A stretch of DNA of 61,352 bases, counting the filler, from Basidiobolus ranarum (lineage: Eukaryota): assembly GCA_040143965.1 (NCBI GenBank). It is 18 parts of 18 records of this genome, joined end to end, with 100 filler letters (N's around TTAATTAATTAA, not from the genome) between each part and the next. Parts side by side here need not be neighbours in the genome. Positions count along the whole stretch, not along the records: positions 34,201 to 37,509 come from JASJQH010002574.1; positions 37,610 to 40,918 come from JASJQH010002575.1; positions 41,019 to 44,326 come from JASJQH010002576.1; positions 44,427 to 47,734 come from JASJQH010002577.1; positions 47,835 to 51,141 come from JASJQH010002578.1; 13 more parts are not named here. One strand, 5' to 3'. The notes under the pieces were generated by a model. It searched no databases, was not told the DNA's origin, and worked only from the letters and a program-made list of their open reading frames with translations. This document shows positions 36,200-49,748 of the stretch, in pieces. The first letter of the stretch is position 1. Every line of letters begins with the position of its first letter. The translations under genes and the position numbers were made by a program.

Positions 36200-36892
36200 A
36201 AATGCATCTGCCAGATCTGATCATGCAAAGGATGAAGATTCTGATGAAGAAGCTGCAGGTTAAAACAAAGTCTCTAAAGAAGATACTAGTACAACAGGAA
36301 AGTCTCACCACCTGAGTAAACCCCCAACTAAGTTGTGGAAGACTACAATGCTCAAGTGAATGTGATCACAAACGAATATAACAATATGGCAGATAAATCT
36401 ATGTCAGAAGTATATTAGCATTAGCAGCTCAAGAAGACTAGCAGCACATGAAATGGATATAAATATATTATTTCTGAATGGTGACTTGTAAGAAGAAATG
36501 CATTTGGTCCAGCCCTCTGTATATGAGAAGCAACCCAAATTGGTCTGCTGATAGAAGTAATATCCATATGCATTGAAGCAAAAACAAACAGCTGGAACCC
36601 AAAGATTGACTCAATCATAATAAGACAGACCTTTACATATATATTTACCACAATTGATGTGATTGTTAGGCTTACTAAGGAAATTTTTCCTCTTCCAAGT
36701 AAAGCAATGAAGAATGGGCTGCTCTGTAATATCAAGCTGCAAATCTAACTTGGACCTCTATCATCTATGAGGACAATGAAGGATGGAATTTTGTTTCCAA
36801 GTATCCTACTTTCCACGATTAGGCTAAAAACATTATTGTGAAACATTATTTTGTGAGGGATTGAAAAAAGTTCTGTGGGATTTTGAAGTTCT
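36200..36892 (+). mobile_element. Highly degraded copia RT/RNase H scraps
   Basis: EMDINILFLNGDL*EEMHLVQP and YEDNEG...PTFH...VKHYFVRD remnants. Confidence 0.65.
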
Positions 36893-37509
36893 TGTTGAGA
36901 TTAGGTAAGTAGCAACTCACTATTTGGTAGTTACTTTATTCATATTCTGATTATTGAGTACTCAATTCTGTTATACAAAAATGTGTGTTTATTGCTCCAA
37001 CTAATAGAAATAACAATTATATCACTTTTACCAATTTACACTATATTCTCAAATCTTATCCAGATCATCTCAAATTTTAACCCATGCCTAACAGGCATGT
37101 TTATTATGCTCTCGGCAAGTCCATTAGTCCTGTTTCATGGTGAACTATAAATAGGACATATTCAATTAAATAAAACTTCAGTGTCTGATTTATAAATTCA
37201 AATCTTGTCCAAAACACTTCCAACTCCCGTTAGCACTTTCATCAGGTTGTGAGCCCCAAGCTAGCTGTCAAAGGAATGTCAACCAGTACAATTACCCATG
37301 TTTTTACATCCACAGAGAGGTTTGATGGTCAAGACTTTCACTGTAGAAAGTTCAAAATACATATGGTGCTAGAAGACAAGGACCTTTAGGGGTTGGTTAC
37401 ATGAGAAGAAACAGAGCAAAAGGGACCAACAAAAGCTATCCTTGCCTTTCACAAGAAGAAGAGGAAAGCACTCTCTACACTTTGTCAACATCTCAGAGAC
37501 TCTCAATCA
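36893..37509 (+). mobile_element. Copia family B 5' LTR (36893-37244), PBS and gag start
   Basis: TGTTGA...TCATCA followed by GGTTGTGAGCCC and gag homology. Confidence 0.9.
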
Positions 37510-37609
37510 NNNNNNNNNNNNNNNNNNNNNNNNNNNNNNNNNNNNNNNNNNNNTTAATTAATTAANNNNNNNNNNNNNNNNNNNNNNNNNNNNNNNNNNN
37601 NNNNNNNNN

Positions 37610-38085
37610 ATATCTGGGAAGAACTTAATACAGAGGGGCACAATATTGTAGGGTATCTGTCAGATAACTGGAAGAATGTTAATTCAGCAACTTTAATACA
37701 ATGGTGGGCTTTGATGGAGATATTAATATTGACTTGTGCTGGGTATGAGCCAAACCTTGGGTATGCAGAACTCTACAATAATACTCAGAAGAATATATCA
37801 AAGAGACTGGGGATTTTGAAGGTGACAAATTAGCATTGCAGTAGTAATTGTGTAGAATTTGAGTTACATTTTTTGCACATGTGTTGATCCATAGTTCTCT
37901 GAGATTTTAGTCAAGCATCCATAACTATTTTGCAAGATCTTGAAATTTCACTCCTGAAACTGAAAAAATTGATTAAAATCATATCTAACTTGATGATTTT
38001 TTGATGGTAAGTAAATGGTTAATCCCAGATGGATTAAAATTGTGACAGTTTTCCTACAATAGCAATCCTCATATTTCTGTTAGGG
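37610..38085 (+). mobile_element. Putative CMC family: ORF 3' part and terminus type R (...TTTCTGTTAGGG)
   Basis: Matches 52180-52650; homology ends at the same TTAGGG. Confidence 0.8.
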
Positions 38086-38246
38086 AGAGGAGTACCAGAA
38101 TTAGAGGTTTCCCTAACATCTAGCATCTTGTAACAAGCTAAAACACCAGCAAATAACTCTCATGACTCTCCAACGTCAAGTGGTACTTTTCATGGTGCCA
38201 AAATTAGCCCCATACTTAAAAGCATGCAACAAGCCTCATCAGCACT
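38086..38246 (+). mobile_element. Internal piece of another copy of the same family
   Basis: Matches 51850-52010 (KTPANNSHDSPTSSGTF). Confidence 0.75.
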
Positions 38247-38780
38247 AGACTTGTTCCATTTTATTGAGCCAGATTGGGCTTTCCAAAAAGTGTGCCAGCA
38301 TAAATTGGCACAATGTGGCACTATCTGGCACAATGTTATGTACCATCTCATAAAAAGTAGTTTTTTATTTGTGGTATATGTAGGAAAAGTGCTTTTTGAA
38401 ATCATTGCACATTTAAAAGATGATGAAAGCTTTATTGATAGTGTCTTAAGTCTAGAGCTCTCAATGGATATCTTGGAGTATGAGTGTAATGAGAATTAGA
38501 CTTGTTCCATTTTGTTGAGCCAGATCAGGCTAGCTAAAAAGTGTGCCAATACAAATTGGCATGATTGGGCTCTATCAGGAACAATGTTATTTACCATTTT
38601 GGAAACAGTTTATTTTACTCATGTGGTATATTTTGGAAAAGTACTTTTAGACATTGTTTCACATTCAAAAGATGATGAAAGCTTTACTCATAGTGTCTTA
38701 AGTCTAGAGCTCTTAATGGATATCTTTGAGTATGAATGTATTCAGAATAATTGCAATTTTGACTACTTTGCCCTACTTTG
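38247..38780 (+). mobile_element. Two tandem type-A ends of the AGACTTGTTCC family (starts 38247 and 38498)
   Basis: About 250-bp direct repeat, each unit beginning AGACTTGTTCCATTT; also at 16787. Confidence 0.85.
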
Positions 38781-39345
38781 AGTAAGGCCCACAAAATAAG
38801 TTTCCTCTGTACTTTCATTATTATTGTGATGGTTCTCTTATGGTTTTGCAATCCAGAAGGGTGAATCCAATCTAGATCAAATCAATGTTATTTTTGTTAG
38901 GGAGAAGAGTTAATTGAAGAGCAGTCTAGTAATATTCTATCCACTTGGGAAGGTATTAACATGCTGGGAACAAACTCAGGTAGTGACAAAGCATCAATCA
39001 ATTTACCAGATGTGTTGAGCAATAGTGCAAGTGAAGAGATTACAATTCACTAACTACAATGTAAAGCAATAGTTAAGCAAGGTTCAACAGATATACTGTC
39101 AAAACCAACAACTTGCAAAATGGCTACCTGACCAACTATTGATTTTCTGGCTTTGGACACTTTTATAGAAAAATCACAGCAAGGGAACCTCTGGCCAAAC
39201 ACAGTTATGATTTGTATTAAATGATAAGTAGAAACTATAAAATTACATATCAGCCATGACAAGCAATAATGCAGGAATATTGAATTCAAAGGAGCATTCT
39301 GAAGCAACTTGTCTTGTGATAGAGAGACTCTTAACAAGAATAAAC

Positions 39346-39692
39346 TCTTAAAGAATTTGGGAGCCTGTTGGAAGTGGTTTGGAGAATTAGAAATATTGCT
39401 AGTTTTCACTTATCAATTTATTGAGTAGAAAGTTGACATTTATAGTTTTGTCAAGATGTAAACAATCTGACATGTAGAATGCATTGAGGAAGGTCTGAGG
39501 AGCATGTATGCAAAGCTTTGGGCTTCTACTGCAACTTTGAAAAATCTATATATCTGAGGACTTCTAAGTTGGTAAAAATAAGTAGGTAAATTCCAATTAA
39601 GAATAATGGATGATATCTTAGTGAAATATAAGATAACTAAGTACTAAGCTATATATGACTACATAGGTGCTTAGGCAGTGTTAGTTTCAATA
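39346..39692 (-). repeat. Solo LTR, copia family A
   Basis: Homologous to 8655-8999; flanked by TAAAC/TAGAC (5-bp TSD, one mismatch). Confidence 0.88.
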
Positions 39693-41249
39693 TAGACTAC
39701 CTTCAGAATGTTGTACTTGAGCTTCAGTAACATGCTGCTCTCTCTGGCCATTCTTGTACTAGATTTGGATGACACTTTCTGCATATCTGCCCATATGTAT
39801 CAGTTGTTATGCTGATTAGAAATAACAAATATTTAGTGGCAAAATGTGCATGTCTCCTACAACACAATACTTATTACAACTTTTACATTATGAGTATTGG
39901 CAGGAAAACATAAAAATTCAGGAGATATTGTAGCATAATCATATTTGTGCATGCATTGAGGTCAAGAAAGTGGAATGTATTTTATTTGTGGGCTCCACTT
40001 AGAGCTAGAAGAATTAAGTGGATAATAGTCAAGTTGATGAATACTGAAGAACTGTGCATCCTTATAAGACTTCTGAAGTCCAAATCTTATTACTACAGAG
40101 ATGAACAATATGGGATAAAGATTGTGGAAAGAGGGTTGAAAAAATTTTGAAGTATTTTCTTAAAAAATATATACAGAGAGCCCATCAGGATAACATTCAG
40201 TTATATGTGCAAACATAGCCAAAATTCAACTTGCTGATATTATCCAGATTGTGTGACAGTTTTGTGCCAAATTGATCTGGAGTCAATCAGGGCCATCAAA
40301 AACTATCATTCATAGAGTTCTACCATTTATGATTGCAACTATTATAAGCCACAGATCTTGTATTAGTGAAAAACTCTTTTCAGCTATTTGAGACAGAATG
40401 CTAGTGAAAAAAGCATCCTTGAAACCCAAATTGTCTTTAACTTGCACTAGTGTGTAAAAGCCAAAACTTGTAAACCATTTGAAGAGAAGTTGCAACTAAC
40501 AAATTGGGTTTATATTACTCAGAGCTGGCATATAAACTTTTGATTCTTTGTCTCAAGGTATTTATGCAATGGCCCTCATAAGGCTCATAGGGGTAGTATT
40601 AAGTGCCCATGATGATATCAATGGTGTTAGCAATATACCTATTTGAAATGCTGGCCAATATCTGTAAAGTCAAGGCTTCTTCCATGTGTCACAATAAGGA
40701 ACTGGACAAGGACTGGAAACAACCACAAGAGGCTAGAATGCAGGACAGTACTTGGTTGCAGACCACAAGACAAGACTGGACAAGGAAGATACTTTGGCAA
40801 GAATCTCTATTGATAACTGGCATTGATCAGACAGAGGTCTGATCAAGAAATACATGGGGCTAATTTAGATATTGCAAGGTGAAACATAAAATACTGAATA
40901 GGGAATATACTGTGGCAANNNNNNNNNNNNNNNNNNNNNNNNNNNNNNNNNNNNNNNNNNNNTTAATTAATTAANNNNNNNNNNNNNNNNNNNNNNNNNN
41001 NNNNNNNNNNNNNNNNNNGAATACATCTCAGAAATGCTCAATTGTCGTATCTACACTGAGCCAAAAACATCCAAACTTCTTGGGAAACCCTTAAAGAGCT
41101 ATGTGCAACTTGATATCTATTTAATATGCTATATTGGAGAAGAAGATTCATCTTAATTCAGATGAACTCTGCCAATTCTAGAGCTCATCATTTTAATTTG
41201 AGAGAAATATAGCAGATCAGCTCTCTGAGCACTCAAACATGGCCAAACT

Positions 41250-42840
41250 GATGAAATAAGCAGTTAAATATTACATGGATGATTAGGCCACATTTGAAAG
41301 CAATGCCTGACCCAAAGGAGCCAGAGTCAGCTTATTTCAGGCTTAGAAACTGAAAATATCACCAAATTGGATCTGTGGGTTGGTAGCATATAGAGGCACC
41401 ATCACAAGCAGCTGTTTTTAACCTCTGGCAATGTCAAATCTACTCAGAATTTTGCCCTGACTCATTCTGACTTCTGTGGGCCTATGAAGAATGTCTCACC
41501 AGGTGGCAGAAAGTATGTTATAACCTTTTTTTAGACAAAATGATGTATACTTAGGTATTCCTTCCCACATCACATTCCACAGCCCTAACTATGTTACTTC
41601 ACCACAAGGCAATGGTAAAAAAACAATCAGCACAAAAAATAAGGGTAATAAGGAGTGATATTGGTTGAGAATACTGTTCTAAGCACTTGATAAGTTTTTG
41701 TACTCAACATGGAATCAAACAACAAACTACTGTGCCCTATACTTTTCAGCAAAATGAAGTTGCAGATCTTTCTAATAGACTATAGTGGAGATGGCAAGAT
41801 TAATATCAGATGTTTCAGAGTCTAAATCAAAAATAGATGACCAACACAATGGAGTTGCAGAATGTGCAAATAGAACCATAGTGGAGAGGGCAAGATTATT
41901 GTGAAATGATCAAGGGTTAGATTAACAATATTGGGCTGAACATATCTACACTGCAGTGTATATCAGATACTGATGCCCAACAAGATTGCTAAAAAATTCT
42001 ACTACATTTGAAGCCCTATATGGATCAAAACCAGTATGGATCATCTCAGGATCTTTGGTTGCACATCATGCTATCTACTTCCAGTTCAAATATGGTCTAA
42101 ATTGGAACTCATATGCAATAAATGCATAATTCTTGGTTACTGTGATCTGTGGATCAAAGGCCTACAGACTGTTTGTTACTTAATGTTAGAAGTTAATTAA
42201 GTACAGAGATATGTTTGTTGATCAAAAACCATATTTTGCACTTCAAATTGCAATTTTTCCTTCAGGAAACACACTCAGTACTTTTCCACAAATTTCTGGC
42301 AAAATTCTAGCTATACCTGAGCCCATTTCACCCACAGTTTCAGCCTTATTACATCAGTGAAAGATTTATCTCCTTGAAGATGATCTAAAGGGAGGAATAG
42401 ACCAGGGAACTGGTGAAACACTTCCAATGAAAATGTCTATGCTTATGCAGCAATCTGTGACAAGCCACAGACTTTGAACCAAGTTCTGCCATCATCAGGA
42501 TCTAAATATTTGGAAACAGCAACATCTGATGAGTTATCCTCACTTCAGGGCCATTTAACATGGGTTCTAAGTCCACACTAATTAGGAAAAAAGCCAAGTG
42601 GTTGCATATGGGTCCACAAAGTCCATAGCTGAGCTGATGGCACCACAGAACAGTAGAAAGCAAGATGAGTTGCAAAAGGTTATTTCCAGATTCAAGGAGT
42701 TGATTTTGATTAAATATTTGCTCCAGTAGCTAGGATTAGCTCCACTAGATCAATCCTGGCACTTACAGCAATCTATAACCTTTATTTACATCAAATGGAT
42801 GTAAAAACAGCCTTTCTAAATGGAATATAGAAGAAATATG
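41250..42840 (+). mobile_element. Copia family B integrase-RT remnant
   Basis: HSDFCGPM, TTVPYTFQQNEVA, HLRIFGC and QMDVKTAFLNG motifs. Confidence 0.9.
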
Positions 42841-42849
42841 TTGCATCTC

Positions 42850-44326
42850 TGGATTTGATTGACTTGGAAACATCATTATCATAGAGTCTGTAGGCCTTAG
42901 TTTGGGTACAATAACCCAGAGATATTTATTGCTTACTTTTTGTAACAAATTTAGACCAATTTTTGGTTATAATTTTGACATAAGCAACTTATCCAAAAAT
43001 TCTCAAATGTTTTACATCAGGTGTAACTCCAAACCAAGCTTAATGTGGTGTAGAGTTAGACAGAATACTAGTAAAACTCCTATTTTTCAGATATACAGCT
43101 GTAGCAACAGATTGCACCCAAAAGTTGCAAGAAAAATTTTGTGGATTTATCATAGATCTTCCCATTTCTATTTTAGTCCTGTTAGCTCTTTCTGCAACTC
43201 TGTTTTGTTGAAGTGAATAGGGGGCAGCAGCTTCTTGCTTAATTCCATGAACTTTGCAAAAGTGCTTAAATAGTGTTGAACTATATTATCCATCATTATT
43301 AGTAAGTATTATCTTGATTTTAGTTCCAGTTTCAGTCTGCAGAAGTGCTTCAAAATCTCTAAAGATAGACAAAGCTTCTTCTTTCCTTTCCATAAAGTAG
43401 ACCCAAGCGTATGTTGTATAATCATCAATATATGGGATTAAATATCTTTTTCTGCCTATAGATATATTTTGCATTGGTCCACACAAATCCAAATGAACTA
43501 GATCCAATTTTTTGGCAGGTTTGATTAAACCAGTGCTCTTGAACAGTTGCGGGGCTTGTTTTCTATATATACAACCCTCACAAATTTCCATTTAGTTGGG
43601 GGGCTAATTTGAACACCAGAAATTAGGCAATTTTTGATCATTTTGCTCAAATAATCAAATGCAATACGTTCAAATCTTTTATGCCATAATTGAATAGTTT
43701 CTTGATTGGAATAACTTATATTTACACATAAACCTCTTGGATTATATGTGAGTTTGTATAAGTTTTGATCCTTTTCTCCCAAAGTTAAATAATTCCCATT
43801 TTGATCAGTGATAGTGCATCCTGACTTATCAAAATTGAATATTAGCACTTCTAAGGTGGCCTTGCATTCAGATATTACACTCTTGCCAATGTCTGGAGCA
43901 TGTAGTACATCCTAAAAAGTATATACTCTCTCTTCACAAGCTCCAGTTAAATTGACTTGAATTGTTCCCATTCCAATAACTTTCAATGTGCAGTCATCTT
44001 CCATGAAAACCTTTCTAAGTGGGATTTCTTCATAATCCACAAACAAAAATTTTGGTTTCAGAATGTTTTACATTGTTTTCTTCTCCTACAACAGTGTCCC
44101 AAAGTATTTTTTTTTGTAGAAGCATTTTCATTTTAATTTTCTAAACATCATTATTGCTTCCATTTGATTTTTCAGAAGAGGGCAAAGTTCCATAGATTTG
44201 AGAAGTGGACATTACAGAGAGTGCAAGCTCAGGGCTCATAACCTGTTAAAGTATTTGGGAGCCTGTTGGAAGTGGTTTGGAGAATTAGAGGAATTGGTGG
44301 TTTTCACTTATTGATTTATTGAATAG
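42850..44326 (-). mobile_element. Copia family A 5' part: partial LTR (44244-44326), PBS, gag (internally deleted), protease, integrase
   Basis: ...TTTAACA|GGTTATGAGCCC; LVHLDLCGPM, IDDYTTYAWVYF. Confidence 0.9.
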
Positions 44327-44426
44327 NNNNNNNNNNNNNNNNNNNNNNNNNNNNNNNNNNNNNNNNNNNNTTAATTAATTAANNNNNNNNNNNNNNNNNN
44401 NNNNNNNNNNNNNNNNNNNNNNNNNN

Positions 44427-45816
44427 GTACAAGACTAGACTAGTAGCCAAAGGATATTCCAAAACACTAGGAATAGAATATATGGAAACTTTTGCCCCAG
44501 TAGCAAACTTTAATTCAATTAGATTGATTTTAGCAATTTCAGCTAAATATCAGTTTATTATACATCAAATGGATGTTAAAGCTACTCTTTTGAATGATGG
44601 GCTTGCTGAAGAAATCTATATGCACCAGCCAGATGGATTTGTGGACCCAGAAAACCCTAAAAAAGCTTGCAGACTCCAGAAAATAGTCTATGGCTGAAAA
44701 CAATCCTGAAGAGCTTTGAATAGCAAGATAGACACTTTTTTGGAAACACTTAAATTCCAAGAGAATACTGCTGACTATAGTGTCTACTTTAGGCCAGATA
44801 AGACAAACCCAGTTTCATTAGCCTTTTCTTTAGATGCTCTTTTTATAGCAACCAATGACTTGAAGACTTTGAAGAAAACCAAATCCAGCTTTTCTGCCAA
44901 ATTTGATATGACTGATCTTGGTGAACAGATGAACTATCTTGGAATCCAAATTAAGATAGATAGAAATACAAAGACAATAACTTTAAACCAGTCTAACTAT
45001 ATCCTAGATACACTGAAGAAGTTTAAAATGTAGGAATATAGTCCAGTATCTGTCCCAATGGAGACAAATCTTAACTTGACCAAAAATAGCTCAAATCAAA
45101 CATTTCTGGATTCAAATCAAAGCCAGAAACTTCCTTCTCAATCTAGGGTTGGTAGCTTGAAGTATATCATGGTTGGAATATGTCCAGATATTGCATATTC
45201 TGTGGGAGTTATGTGCCAATATCTTCAAAATGATGGTTGTGCTCAAATTATACAGGTTAAGCAGATTTCAGATATTTGAAAGGTGCTATGGATCTATGCT
45301 TTAAATACACATATCCTGGATCAAACTTTGATCTGATGGGATATTCAGATGCATATTGGGGAAGAGATATTGAAGATGGATATTTACAACAGGATACTTA
45401 TTTCTTTTCTGTAATGGAGCTATTTGTTGAAGTCCAAAGAAACAACATACCATAGCACTTTCAACAACAGAAGCTGAATGCATGGCTGCCTTTGAAGCAG
45501 CAAAAGAGGCAATATGGCCAAGAAAACTCTGAACAGATTTGAGTTATTCTCAAAATTCATCAACAATAATATTTCAAGATAATCAAAGCTGTATCAAATT
45601 AGCTAAAAATCCCACATTTCATAATAGAAGCAAACATAAAGAAATTAAGCATAACTTCATTGAAGAGACTGTGGAGAATAAGTTTATTGACTCTACTTAT
45701 TGCTATACAGAAGACATGATTGCAGATATATTAACCAAACCATAAGCTAGGCAGAAATTTGAGAAATTTAGACCTCTATTAGGATTAGCTTATATGACTA
45801 TTTAGTTGAGGGAGAG
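44427..45816 (+). mobile_element. Copia family A RT, RNase H and PPT
   Basis: RLVAKGY, ETFAPVA, HQMDVK, FDMTDLG, IFQDNQSCI, MIADILTKP; PPT GAGGGAGAG at 45808-45816. Confidence 0.95.
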
Positions 45817-46164
45817 TTTTTCAATAGGCTTTGCCTAAACATCTACATAGTCATATATAGCTTACTGCTTAGGTCTCTTATAATTCACTAAGATATTATC
45901 CATTATTCTTAATTGGAATTTACTTATAATATTGACACCAACTTAGAGGTTTTCAGATATATAGTTTTTCAAACTTGTGCTAGAAGCCCCAAACATTGCA
46001 CACATGTTCCTGGGAACTTCCTTAACACATTCTACATGTTAATTTGTTTACATATTTAAAAAACTATAAATGTCAACTTCCTACTCAATAAAGCAATAAG
46101 TGAAAAACCATTAATTTTAACAATTCTTCAAACCACTTCCAACAGGCTCCCAAATACTTTAACA
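45817..46164 (+). repeat. Copia family A 3' LTR
   Basis: Follows the PPT; ends TTTAACA. Confidence 0.88.
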
Positions 46165-47243
46165 AAACCTTCCTATAAAGGTCAAAAGTACTTTAATAAG
46201 AAAAGTAACATATTCAGTGACTACTGTAAAAGAACTGGCCATTTAAGGAAAGATTGCTTTAAAAGAATAGCAAAAGAAGAAAAACTTACTGAATCTGGAA
46301 ATGTGATTGCAACATATGATCACTTGTTCATATCTACTCTATCTATGACTACTAACAAGGATTCTCAGATGTGGTATATTGATTCTGGAGCCTCCCAAAA
46401 TTTCACAAATGAACAACATTGGTTTGTGGATTATGAAGAAATCCTAATTAGAAAGGTTTTCATTGGTGATGACTCCTCATTAGATGTAATTGCAATGGGA
46501 TTAATTCAAGTCAATTTAACTGGAGCTTCTGAAGAGAAAGTATATACCTTTAAGGATGTACTACATGGTCCAGATATTGGCAAGTATTTAATATGTATAT
46601 GCCAGGCCACCTGAGAAGGGCTAAAATACAATTTTGATAAGTCAGGATGCGCCATCACTGATCAAAATGGGAATTATTAAGTTTTGAGAGAAAAGGAACA
46701 GAACTTATACACGCCTGCATATAATCCAGAGATTGTTGTGTAAATATAAGTTATTTCAATCAAGAAACTATTAAATTATGGCAAAAGAGATTTGGCCATG
46801 TTGCATCTGATTTATTGAGCAAAATAATCACAAATTACCTAATTTCTGGAATTTAAATAACCCCCCAACCAAAAAGAAATATGTCAGGGTTGTATATATG
46901 GAAAGAAAGCCAGGCAACCATTGAAGAGCTCTAGTCTAAGCAAATCTGTCAAAAAATAGGATCAAATTCATTCAGATTTGTGTGGACCTATGCAAAGTTT
47001 ATCTATAGGTGGAAAAAGATTGTTGTTCACAATTATTGATGATTATATAAGACACACCTGGATCTCCTTTATGGAAAGAAAAGAAGAAGCTTTCTCTATC
47101 ATAAGAGATTTTAAAACACTTGTGGAGACTGAAACTGGAAATAATATCAAGAAAATATATACTGATATTGGTTGAGAATATACTTTGACACTATTTAAGC
47201 ACTATTGCAAGGTTCATGGAATTAAGCAAGAAACAACTACCCA
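46165..47243 (+). mobile_element. Second family A copy: zinc knuckle, protease, integrase
   Basis: YCKRTGHLRKDC, WYIDSGAS, IHSDLCGPM, IIDDY. Confidence 0.9.
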
Positions 47244-47284
47244 TATCCAATATGGAATTGCTAAATCTCACATTATTCACATAT

Positions 47285-47734
47285 CCCTAACAAAAACAAT
47301 ATTGATTTGATCCGGATTGGATCCTCCCTCCAAAATAGCAAAACTGTCAGAGAGCTGTCACAATATTGTTGGCTTGCATTCTGCCAGGGATTTTGATGAT
47401 GTGATGGCAGTTTCTTGATGGTATCTTAACAGTATTCATACATGTTAAAATGTTGATCCTCAAATTTGGCATGTGTTATAAAATATCCAGCAATTTTTGC
47501 AAAAATAAAATTTTTGAATGGCAAATTAATGGGTTTACTGCTGTAGGAATTTGAATTAATATGCATGCCTTTATTTAGATATTTTAGGCTTTGTATTCCA
47601 GCCATAGTGAGAATCAAAAAATGCAAGAATCTTGTTGTGTTTATTCTCTACATATGCACATATTTGACTGATTAGACATAACTCAACAACATCAATATGC
47701 TTTACCAGCAAACTAACGGTGGAAAAATTGCTAA
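47285..47734 (+). mobile_element. Putative CMC family end, type L
   Basis: Starts CCCTAACAAAAA; matches 9789-10175. Confidence 0.75.
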
Positions 47735-47834
47735 NNNNNNNNNNNNNNNNNNNNNNNNNNNNNNNNNNNNNNNNNNNNTTAATTAATTAANNNNNNNNNN
47801 NNNNNNNNNNNNNNNNNNNNNNNNNNNNNNNNNN

Positions 47835-48690
47835 CTCTGAATGTCAGAGCTGCTGTCACTTGTTCTGATGATGAATGGTTAAGATTCTGGGAACCGTAGA
47901 GAATCTTGCCAAAAATCAGCTCAAGGTGAGCCAACTGTGAAAAAGCCAAAAACCAGACATTACACCAAAGATTCTTATTTCATTTCATGTGGCTTATCCT
48001 GGGTTCTTGCAAGCAAATGGCATTTGGCCAAGAATGGGCCTACTCTTGAAACATCTCAAGAATGTATGCACTTATTGACTTGGAAAAGAACAAAAGCAGC
48101 TAAAAGAGGTATTCAAGAAGTAGGAAAGTATTGAACCCATGAGAAAAGCAAAGGAGCCTATGAATTTAGGCTTTACTCTCCCACTTACTGAATTCTTCAC
48201 ACCATGATGAAGATCTGTATTTCCAGAATTTGATATACCAGTAGATACACTGGTGAAATGGCTTGATTCTGCCAAGTGCAACATTTGGAAGAGTGCAAAA
48301 GTTGGAAGTTTATCAAACACCTGTCACCACTCAACAAGCTAAATCACCTTCAAATCAGAGTGAAGGCTCACAAACTCAAACTGGTACCTTTCAAAGTGTC
48401 AAAAGTAGCCTCAAACTTAAAGCCAAGCAAAAAGACACCTAAAAACCATAAAGCACACTGAGCACTGTCACACTACATGGATATACAATATTAGTAAAAG
48501 CACTCAAGGGGTTTTCAAAAGTATGAAAGGAAATATGCAAGGCAAGTAGGCAGAAAGTTGCTCCAGAAGAAGAAAATTCTACATGACATTCAGTCTGGTG
48601 TTGACCATCCAGATATCAGGGAAGAACTTAATACCAAGTGGCATAATATTGCACCATATTCATCAGAAAACTGGAAGAATATTGATTCAG
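47835..48690 (+). mobile_element. Putative CMC family internal ORF remnant
   Basis: Matches 51400-52260 (FHVAYPGFLQANGIW...KHLKNVC). Confidence 0.8.
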
Positions 48691-49559
48691 CAAGGTTGTA
48701 GTGTGAGATAGGGGTGTTAATGTACACATTCATTAATTGAGCTTACTCCCACTACAAATCTTCAGGAAAGCTGAATTTTTCACACTCAAAGCTTAAGAAT
48801 ATAGATAGGGGATGTATTCTTCACTTTATCTTTTAAGGGTAAAGATACACTATAATATGTCAAAAGCTTGAAAATATTCTGAGAAAAGATTATTTCTGAT
48901 AATGGAACTATGAAGACTCTTAAATACTACAAGTGTAAATAAAACTCTGGTGGTTTCTCTAACTTGAAGTTAGAAGAAAAGGATAATGTTCTTTTGAGAA
49001 TGGCAAAGACATTGATTAAGAGTAAGATATATTCTATGGCTGCAAAAGTGAAGATAACTATTATATTGGAAAAATATGGGCTATTCAGGGGAACTTTGGA
49101 AAAGTGGAGTTGTGAATAGCTTTGTGAGATGATTACTCATTGTCCAGAAATAAAGCATTTATACATTTTGGTGAAAATACACAAAACTAACATTGGGTTG
49201 TGTTTGGAACATCTGTGGGAGTAAAATGAGCTATCTTTGGGGCATTTTGGACAAGTTTGAAGTTTCCAATATGGAATTGCTAATTCTTACATTATTAACA
49301 TATATAGAAAGCATATGTTGAGATTTTCATATAAGTGATATTTGACTAAGTAATCTTAACTAACATAAATGTGATATCTGAAATAGTCAGGTGTATAAAG
49401 ATAGAGTTAACAAACATGAAAAAGACAATAAACTTCAGCATATCAAAGAATCTGAAGTGCAATTTACAATAGTCAAGCCTAGTTGAGTTGCAATAGGAAT
49501 ATTTCAACACTTATTGCATATATGCCTACTTAAAAGTTATTTTTTTAAGGATTGTTTAG

Positions 49560-49748
49560 ACTAGTGCTAGAAGCCTCAAATCTTGTATACTTGCTCCTGA
49601 GATCTTCTTTAAGCATTTTACATCTCACCTTACTTACATTTTAATAAAAGGATGAATGTCAACTTTGAACTCACTACAGCAATAAGTTAAACCACCAAAT
49701 TGTTAATTGCTTCAAACCACCTTGTGCAGGCCCCCAAAAACTTTAACA
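49560..49748 (+). repeat. Diverged partial family A-like LTR
   Basis: Similar to 45975-46164; ends CTTTAACA. Confidence 0.6.

Noticed and set aside
37851..38058. TGTAG...CTACA segment that looks like a 208-bp LTR
   Set aside because: Both flanks are conserved in other copies, so it is internal to the CCCTAACA family subterminal region
38800..40918. Possible Gypsy or other TE remnant around the solo LTR
   Set aside because: CpG-depleted and probably TE-derived, but no motif is clear enough to classify
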